Below, piece by piece: positions 54,701 to 64,000 of a DNA stretch of 64,000 bases (the first letter of the stretch is position 1; each line of letters starts with the position of its first letter). The translations under genes and the position numbers were made by a program. The notes under the pieces are model-generated. The model made no database searches. It saw only the letters and a program-made list of their open reading frames with translations, and was not told the origin of the DNA. The stretch is from Auanema rhodensis (Eukaryota; Animalia; Nematoda), in NCBI GenBank assembly GCA_964057225.1, contig OZ059897.1, positions 3,534,001 to 3,598,000 on the forward strand. The letters run 5' to 3'.

Positions 54701-57700
54701 TGAATAACATTGTCCATCGTCTTCGTCTTGAAAAAAGGAATCTAAAAACATCTACTTTTTGTGAAATTATTTAGAAATTTTTCGGGAAAATTTTTGTCAA
54801 AATGTTTTTGGAAGCAATGTTGAGTGTACATGGGAACTCAACATACACTAATGCATTATTTTTCAAACGATCATAACTAATTTTTGTATGGAGCGTTTCT
54901 CAATGTGGTATAGTGCATTCGATGCGGATTTTTAAGCTGCGTTGATCTGTGTTATCAGATTTGAGTTCACTTAAAAATGCACCGAGATATCAACTGATAT
55001 ATGTTCACACTTATATCCTCGATTTTCACCCTGAAGAGATGATTTTTTCGTTGAATAACATTGTCCATCGTCTTCGTCTTGAAAAAAGGAATCTAAAAAC
55101 ATCTACTTTTTGTGAAATTATTTAGAAATTTTTCGGGAAAATTTTTGTCAAAATGTTTTTGGAAGCAATGTTGAGTGTACATGGGAACTCAACATACACT
55201 AATGCATTATTTTTCAAACGATCATAACTTATTTTTGTATAGAGCGTTTCTCAATGTAGTGTAGTGCATTCGATGCGGATTTTTAAGCTGCGTCGATCTG
55301 TGTTATCCGATTTGAGCTAGCTTGAAAATGTACCGAGATATCAACTGATATATGTTCACACTTATATCCTCGATTTTCACCCTGAAGAAATGATTTTTTC
55401 GTTGAATAACATTGTCCATCGTCTTAGTCTTGAAAAAAGGAAACTGAAAACATCTACTTTTTGTGAAATTATTTAGAAATTTTTCGGGAAAATTTTTGTC
55501 AAAATGTTTTTGGAAGCAATATTGAGTGTACATGGGAACTCAACATACACTAATGCATTATTTTTCAAACGATCATAACTAATTTTTGTAAATAGCGTTT
55601 CTCAATGTAGTATAGTGCATTCGATGCGGATTTTTAAGCTGCGTGGATCTGTGTTATCAGATTTGAGTTAGCTTAAAAATGCACCGAGATATCAACTGAT
55701 ATAGGTTCACACTTATATCCTCGATTTTCACCCTGAAGAAATGATTTTTTCGTTGAAAAACATTGTCCATCGTATTCGTCTTGAAAAAAGGAATCTAAAA
55801 ACATCTACTTTTTGTGAAATTATTTAGAAATTTTTCGGGAAAATTTTTGTCAAAATGTTTTTGGAAGCAATGTTGAGTTTACATGGGAACTCAACATACA
55901 CTAATGCATTATTTTTCAAACGATCATAACTAATTTTTGTATAGAGCGTTTCTCAATGTAGTATAGTGCATTCGATGCGGATTTTTAAGCTGCGTTGATC
56001 TGTGTTATCAGATTTGAGTTAACTTAAAAATGCACCGAGATATCAACTGATATATGTTCACACTTATATCCTCGATTTTCACCCTGAAGAAATGATTTTT
56101 TCGTTGAATAACATTGTCCATCGTCTTCGTCTTGAAAAAAGGAATCTAAAAACATCTACTTTTTGTGAAATTATTTAGAAATTTTTCGGGAAAATTTTTG
56201 TCAAAATGTTTTTGGAAGCAATGTTGAGTGTACATGGGAACTCAACATACACTAATGCATTATTTTTCAAACGATCATAACTAATTTTTGTATAGAGCGT
56301 TTCTCAATGTGGTATAGTGCATTCGATGCGGATTTTTAAGCTGCGTTGATCTGTGTTATCAGATTTGAGTTAACTTAAAAATGCACCGAGATATCAACTG
56401 ATATATGTTCACACTTATATCCTCGATTTTCACCCTGAAGAGATGATTTTTTCGTTGAATAACATTGTCCATCGTCTTCGTCTTGAAAAAAGGAATCTAA
56501 AAACATCTACTTTTTGTGAAATTATTTAGAAATTTTTCGGGAAAATTTTTGTCAAAATGTTTTTGGAAGCAATGTTGAGTGTACATGGGAACTCAACATA
56601 CACTAATGCATTATTTTTCAAACGATCATAACTAATTTTTGTATAGAGCGTTTCTCAATGTAGTATAGTGCATTCGATGCGGATTTTTAAGCTGCGTTGA
56701 TCTGTGTTATCAGATTTCAGTTAACTTAAAAATGCACCGAGATATCAACTGATATATGTTCACACTCATATCCTCGATTATCACCCTGAAGAAATGATTT
56801 TTTCGTTGAATAACATTGTCCATCGTCTTAGTCTTGAAAAAAGGAAACTGAAAACATCTACTTTTTGTGAAATTATTTAGAAATTTTTCGGGAAAATTTT
56901 TGTCAAAATGTTTTTGGAAGCAATATTGAGTGTACATGGGAACTCAACATACACTAATGCATTATTTTTCAAACGATCATAACTAATTTTTGTAAATAGC
57001 GTTTCTCAATGTAGTATAGTGCATTCGATGCGGATTTTTAAGCTGCGTGGATCTGTGTTATCAGATTTGAGTTAGCTTAAAAATGCACCGAGATATCAAC
57101 TGATATAGGTTCACACTTATATCCTCGATTTTCACCCTGAAGAAATGATTTTTTCGTTGAAAAACATTGTCCATCGTATTCGTCTTGAAAAAAGGAATCT
57201 AAAAACATCTACTTTTTGTGAAATTATTTAGAAATTTTTCGGGAAAATTTTTGTCAAAATGTTTTTGGAAGCAATGTTGAGTTTACATGGGAACTCAACA
57301 TACACTAATGCATTATTTTTCAAACGATCATAACTAATTTTTGTATAGAGCGTTTCTCAATGTAGTATAGTGCATTCGATGCGGATTTTTAAGCTGCGTT
57401 GATCTGTGTTATCAGATTTGAGTTAACTTAAAAATGCACCGAGATATCAACTGATATATGTTCACACTTATATCCTCGATTTTCACCCTGAAGAAATGAT
57501 TTTTTCGTTGAATAACATTGTCCATCGTCTTCGTCTTGAAAAAAGGAATCTAAAAACATCTACTTTTTGTGAAATTATTTAGAAATTTTTCGGGAAAATT
57601 TTTGTCAAAATGTTTTTGGAAGCAATGTTGAGTGTACATGGGAACTCAACATACACTAATGCATTATTTTTCAAACGATCATAACTAATTTTTGTATAGA

Positions 57701-58350
57701 GCGTTTCTCAATGTGGTATAGTGCATTCGATGCGGATTTTTAAGCTGCGTTGATCTGTGTTATCAGATTTGAGTTAACTTAAAAATGCACCGAGATATCA
57801 ACTGATATATGTTCACACTTATATCCTCGATTTTCACCCTGAAGAGATGATTTTTTCGTTGAATAACATTGTCCATCGTCTTCGTCTTGAAAAAAGGAAT
57901 CTAAAAACATCTACTTTTTGTGAAATTATTTAGAAATTTTTCGGGAAAATTTTTGTCAAAATGTTTTTGGAAGCAATGTTGAGTGTACATGGGAACTCAA
58001 CATACACTAATGCATTATTTTTCAAACGATCATAACTAATTTTTGTATAGAGCGTTTCTCAATGTAGTATAGTGCATTCGATGCGGATTTTTAAGCTGCG
58101 TTGATCTGTGTTATCAGATTTGAGTTAACTTAAAAATGCACCGAGATATCAACTGATATATGTTCACACTCATATCCTCGATTATCACCCTGAAGAATTG
58201 ATTTTTTCGTTGAAAAACATTGTCCATCGTATTTTTCTTGAAAAAAGGAATCTAAAAACATCTACTTTTTGTGAAATTATTTAGAAATTTTTCGGGAAAA
58301 TTTTTGTCAAAATGTTTTTGGAAGCAATGTTGAGTGTACATGGGAACTCA
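39100..58350 (+). repeat. Recent tandem duplication of a 28-monomer block (9,828 bp); the left copy has 27 monomers
   Basis: Offset 9,477: TCTTTGTCTTGAG at 39982/49459 and CATGGAAAC at 42900/52377. Offset 9,828: TATGGAGC at 45062/54890, GAGTTCAC at 45140/54968 and GATTTCAG at 46890/56718. Confidence 0.93.
45600..48300 (+). repeat. 4-monomer duplication (1,404 bp) nested inside the 28-mer; second copy at about 55430-58130
   Basis: GAGTTTACAT occurs at 46051/47455 and 55879/57283, with matching neighbouring monomers. Confidence 0.85.
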
Positions 58351-61300
58351 ACATTCACTAATGCATTATTTTTCAAACGATCATAACTAATTTTTGTATA
58401 GAGCGTTTCTCATTGTAGTATAATGCATTCGATGCGGATTTTTAAGCTGCTTTGATCTGTGTTATCAGATTTGAGTTAACTTAAAAATGCACCGAGATAT
58501 CAACTGATATAGGTTCACACTTATATCCTCGATTTTCACCCTGAAGAAATGATTTTTTCGTTGAAAAACATTGTCCATCGTCTTTGTCTTGAAAAAAGGA
58601 ATCCAAAAACATCTACTTTTTGTAAAATTATTTAGAAATTTTTCGGGAAAATTTTTGTCAAAATGTTTTTGGAAGCAATGTTGAGTGTACATGGGAACTC
58701 AACATACACTAATGCATTATTTTTCAAACGATCATAACTAATTTTTGTATAGAGCGTTTCTCAATGTAGTATAGTGCATTCGATGCGGATTTTTAAGCTG
58801 CGTTGATCTGTGTTATCAGATTTGAGTTAACTTAAAAATGCACCGAGATATCAACTGATATATGTTCACACTCATATCCTCGATTATCACCCTGAAGAAT
58901 TGATTTTTTCGTTGAAAAACTATGTCCATCGTATTTTTCTTGAAAAAAGGAATCTAAAAACATCTACTTTTTGTGAAATTATTTAGAAATTTTTCGGGAA
59001 AATTTTTGTCAAAATGTTTTTGGAAGCAATGTTGAGTGTACATGGGAACTCAACATACACTAATGCATTATTTTTCAAACGATCATAACTAATTCTTGTA
59101 TAGAGCGTTTCTCAATGTAGTATAGTGCATTCGATGCGGATTTTTAAGCTACGTTGATCTGTGTTATCAGATTTGAGTTAGCTTAAAAATGCACCGAGAT
59201 ATCAACTGATATATGTTCACACTTATATCCTCGATTTTCACCCTGAAGAAATGATTTTTTCGTTGAAAAACATTGTCCATCGTATTCGTCTTGAAAAAAG
59301 GAATCTAAAAACATCTACTTTTTGTGAAATTATTTAGAAATTTTTCGGGAAAATTTTTGTCAAAATGTTTTTGGAAGCAATGTTGAGTGTACATGGGAAC
59401 TCAACATACACTAATGCATTATTTTTCAAACGATCATAACTAATTTTTGTATAGAGCGTTTCTCAATGTAGTATAGTGCATTCGATGCGGATTTTTAAGC
59501 TGCGTTGATCTGTGTTATCAGATTTGAGTTAACTTAAAAATGCACCGAGATATCAACTGATATATGTTCACACTCATATCCTCGATTATCACCCTGAAGA
59601 ATTGATTTTTTCGTTGAAAAACTATGTCCATCGTATTTTTCTTGAAAAAAGGAATCTAAAAACATCTACTTTTTGTGAAATTATTTAGAAATTTTTCGGG
59701 AAAATTTTTGTCAAAATGTTTTTGGAAGCAATGTTGAGTGTACATGGGAACTCAACATACACTAATGCATTATTTTTCAAACGATCATAACTAATTCTTG
59801 TATAGAGCGTTTCTCAATGTAGTATAGTGCATTCGATGCGGATTTTTAAGCTACGTTGATCTGTGTTATCAGATTTGAGTTAGCTTAAAAATGCACCGAG
59901 ATATCAACTGATATATGTTCACACTTATATCCTCGATTTTCACCCTGAAGAAATGATTTTTTCGTTGAATAACATTGTCCATCTTCTTCGTCTTGAAAAA
60001 AGGAATCTAAAAACATCTACTTTTTGTGAAATTATTTAGAAATTTTTCGGGAAAATTTTTGTCAAAATGTTTTTGGAAGCAATGTTGAGTGTACATGGGA
60101 ACTCAACATACACTAATGCATTATTTTTCAAACGATCATAACTAATTTTTGTATAGAGCGTTTCTCAATGTGGTATAGTGCATTCGATGCGGATTTTTAA
60201 GCTGCGTTGATCTGTGTTATCAGATTTGAGTTAACTTAAAAATGCACCGAGATATCAACTGATATATGTTCACACTTATATCCTCGATTTTCACCCTGAA
60301 GAGATGATTTTTTCGTTGAATAACATTGTCCATCGTCTTCGTCTTGAAAAAAGGAATCTAAAAACACCTACTTTTTGTGAAATTATTTAGAAATTTTTCG
60401 GGAAAATTTTTGTCAAAATGTTTTTGGAAGCAATGTTGAGTGTACATGGGAACTCAACATACACTAATGCATTATTTTTCAAACGATCATAACTAATTTT
60501 TGTATAGAGCGTTTCTCAATGTAGTATAGTGCATTCGATGCGGATTTTTAAGCTGCGTTGATCTGTGTTATCAGATTTGAGTTAACTTAAAAATGCACCG
60601 AGATATCAACTGATATAGGTTCACACATATATCCTCGATTTTCACCCTGAAGAAATGATTTTTCCGTTGAAAAACATTGTCCATCGTCTTCGTCTTGAAA
60701 AAAGGAATCTAAAAACATCTACTTTTTGTGAAATTATTCAGAAATTTTTCGGGAAAATTTTTGTCAAAATGTTTTTGGAAGCAATGTTGAGTGTACATGG
60801 GAACTCAACATACACTAATGCATTATTTTTCAAACGATCATAACTAATTTTTGTATAGAGCGTTTTTTAATGTAGTATAATGCATTCGATGCGGATTTTT
60901 AAGCTGCGTTGATCTGTGTTATCAGATTTGAGTTAGCTTAAAAATGCACCGAGATATCAACTGATATATGTTCACACTCATATCCTCGATTATCACCCTG
61001 AAGAATTGATTTTTTCGTTGAAAAACATTGTCCATCGTATTTTTCTTGAAAAAAGGAATCTAAAAACATCTACTTTTTGTGAAATTATTTAGAAATTTTT
61101 CGGGAAAATTTTTGTCAAAATGTTTTTGGAAGCAATGTTGAGTGTACATGGGAACTCAACATACACTAATGCATTATTTTTCAAACGATCATAACTAATT
61201 CTTGTATAGAGCGTTTCTCAATGTAGTATAGTGCATTCGATGCGGATTTTTAAGCTGCGTTGATCTGTGTTATCAGATTTGAGTTAGCTTAAAAATGCAC

Positions 61301-64000
61301 CGAGATATCAACTGATATATGTTCACACTTATATCCTCGATTTTCACCCTGAAGAGATGATTTTTTCGTTGAATAACATTGTCCATCGTCTTCGTCTTGA
61401 AAAAAGGAATCTAAAAACATCTACTTTTTGTGAAATTATTTAGAAATTTTTCGGGAAAATTTTTGTCAAAATGTTTTTGGAAGCAATGTTGAGTGTACAT
61501 GGGAACTCAACATACACTAATGCATTATTTTTCAAACGATCATAACTAATTTTTGTATAGAGCGTTTTTTAATGTAGTATAATGCATTCGATGCGGATTT
61601 TTAAGCTGCGTTGATCTGTGTTATCAGATTTGAGTTAGCTTAAAAATGCACCGAGATATCAACTGATATATGTTCACACTTATATCCTCGATTTTCACCC
61701 TGAAGAAATGATTTTTTCGTTGAATAACATTGTCCATCGTCTTCGTCTTGAAAAAAGGAATCTAAAAACATCTACTTTTTGTGAAATTATTTAGAAATTT
61801 TTCGGGAAAATTTTTGTCAAAATGTTTTTGGAAGCAATGTTGAGTGTACATGGGAACTCAACATACACTAATGCATTATTTTTCAAACGATCATAACTAA
61901 TTCTTGTATAGAGCGTTTCTCAATGTAGTATAGTGCATTCGATGCGGATTTTTAAGCTACGTTGATCTGTGTTATCAGATTTGAGTTAGCTTAAAAATGC
62001 ACCGAGATATCAACTGATATATGTTCACACTTATATCCTCGATTTTCACCCTGAAGAAATGATTTTTTCGTTGAATAACATTGTCCATCTTCTTCGTCTT
62101 GAAAAAAGGAATCTAAAAACATCTACTTTTTGTGAAATTATTTAGAAATTTTTCGGGAAAATTTTTGTCAAAATGTTTTTGGAAGCAATGTTGAGTGTAC
62201 ATGGGAACTCAACATACACTAATGCATTATTTTTCAAACGATCATAACTAATTTTTGTATAGAGCGTTTCTCAATGTGGTATAGTGCATTCGATGCGGAT
62301 TTTTAAGCTGCGTTGATCTGTGTTATCAGATTTGAGTTAACTTAAAAATGCACCGAGATATCAACTGATATATGTTCACACTTATATCCTCGATTTTCAC
62401 CCTGAAGAGATGATTTTTTCGTTGAATAACATTGTCCATCGTCTTCGTCTTGAAAAAAGGAATCTAAAAACACCTACTTTTTGTGAAATTATTTAGAAAT
62501 TTTTCGGGAAAATTTTTGTCAAAATGTTTTTGGAAGCAATGTTGAGTGTACATGGGAACTCAACATACACTAATGCATTATTTTTCAAACAATCATAACT
62601 AATTTTTGTATAGAGCGTTTCTCAATGTAGTATAGTGCATTCGATGCGGATTTTTAAGCTGCTTTGATCTGTGTTATCAGATTTGAGTTAACTTAAAAAT
62701 GCACCGAGATATCAACTGATATAGGTTCACACTTATATCCTCGATTTTCACCCTGAAGAAATGATTTTTTCGTTGAAAAACATTGTCCATCGTATTCGTC
62801 TTGAAAAAAGGAATCTAAAAACATCTACTTTTTGTGAAATTATTTAGAAATTGTTCGGGAAAATTTTTGTCAAAATGTTTTTGGAAGCAATGTTGAGTGT
62901 ACATGGGAACTCAACATACACTAATGCATTATTTTTCAAACGATCATAACTAATTTTTGTATAGAGCGTTTCTCAATGTAGTATAGTGCATTCGATGCGG
63001 ATTTTTAAGCTGCTTTGATCTGTGTTATCAGATTTGAGTTAACTTAAAAATGCACCGAGATATCAACTGATATAGGTTCACACTTATATCCTCGATTTTC
63101 ACCCTGAAGAAATGATTTTTTCGTTGAAAAACATTGTCCATCGTCTTCGTCTTGAAAAAAGGAATCCAAAAACATCTACTTTTTGTAAAATTATTTAGAA
63201 ATTTTTCGGGAAAATTTTTGTCAAAATGTTTTTGGAAGCAATGTTGAGTGTACATGGGAACTCAACATACACTAATGCATTATTTTTCAAACGATCATAA
63301 CTAATTTTTGTATAGAGCGTTTCTCAATGTAGTATAGTGCATTCGATGCGGATTTTTAAGCTGCGTTGATCTGTGTTATCAGATTTGAGTTAACTTAAAA
63401 ATGCACCGAGATATCAACTGATATATGTTCACACTCATATCCTCGATTATCACCCTGAAGAATTGATTTTTTCGTTGAAAAACTATGTCCATCGTATTTT
63501 TCTTGAAAAAAGGAATCTAAAAACATCTACTTTTTGTGAAATTATTTAGAAATTTTTCGGAAAATTTTTGTCAAAATGTTTTTGGAAGCAATGTTGAGTG
63601 TACATGGGAACTCAACATACACTAATGCATTATTTTTCAAACGATCATAACTAATTTTTGTATAGAGCGTTTTTTAATGTAGTATAATGCATTCGATGCG
63701 GATTTTTAAGCTGCGTTGATCTGTGTTATCAGATTTGAGTTAGCTTAAAAATGCACCGAGATATCAACTGATATATGTTCACACTTATATCCTCGATTTT
63801 CACCCTGAAGAAATGATTTTTTCGTTGAAAAACATTGTCCATCGTATTCGTCTTGAAAAAAGGAATCTAAAAACATCTACTTTTTGTGAAATTATTTAGA
63901 AATTGTTCGGGAAAATTTTTGTCAAAATGTTTTTGGAAGCAATGTTGAGTGTACATGGGAACTCAACATACACTAATGCATTATTTTTCAAACGATCATA
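58350..64000 (+). repeat. Rearranged copy of the monomer subfamily found at about 14.3-21.5 kb
   Basis: The block at about 16230-18350 matches about 58350-60470 at offset 42,120 (ACATTCAC 16235/58355, CTATGTCC 16801/58921, CACCTAC 18247/60367). The block at about 17700-18750 recurs again at offset 44,226 (AAACAATC 18365/62591). Confidence 0.9.

Larger units (their letters stand above)
1..64000 (+). repeat. Tandem satellite DNA array, 351-bp monomer, about 182 head-to-tail copies; likely (peri)centromeric/heterochromatic
   Basis: TTTGTGAAATTATTTAGAAA starts at 1, 352 and 703, then at 1055 after a +1 insertion. Homologous ORF positions 1603 and 63028 are 61,425 bp apart, exactly 175 x 351. No non-monomer sequence was seen and the array runs off both window ends. 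Centromeric location is inference only. Confidence 0.99.

Noticed and set aside
1603-63255. Repeated 62-76 aa ORFs on both strands
   Set aside because: They appear only where a substitution removes a stop codon present in most monomers (for example TAG to CAG at 9493). The products are F/K/I/N-rich as expected from A/T tracts and show no recognisable domain.
1-64000. Monomer length divisible by 3 (117 codons), suggesting a coding tandem repeat
   Set aside because: No ORF in the track reaches monomer length, so every frame is interrupted by stops.
1-64000. CRISPR array or other repeat-spacer system
   Set aside because: There are no unique spacers; the entire 351-bp unit repeats with only point variants, and no cas-like ORFs are present.

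Overview
The whole 64 kb window is one uninterrupted head-to-tail satellite DNA array of about 182 copies of a 351-bp monomer (about 32% GC by hand count of monomer 1), all in one orientation. I saw no genes, RNA genes, transposon insertions or inversions. The ORF-track hits are by-products of single substitutions that remove stop codons in the monomer. Monomers differ by a small shared set of linked substitutions, and these reveal nested higher-order repeats (HORs). These include 2-, 4-, 5- and 8-mers, a 12-mer family with 16/12/9/11-monomer variants, and a near-identical tandem duplication of about 9.8 kb (28 monomers). One variant-defined block also recurs exactly 120 monomers (42,120 bp) away. 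Only two 1-bp indels were seen, both in homopolymers. The monomer is rich in dyad symmetries, several of which are preserved or extended by recurrent variants, and it carries an incomplete hammerhead-ribozyme-like motif. The most likely identity is eukaryotic (peri)centromeric or heterochromatic satellite; this is inference, and I do not recognise the family or species.
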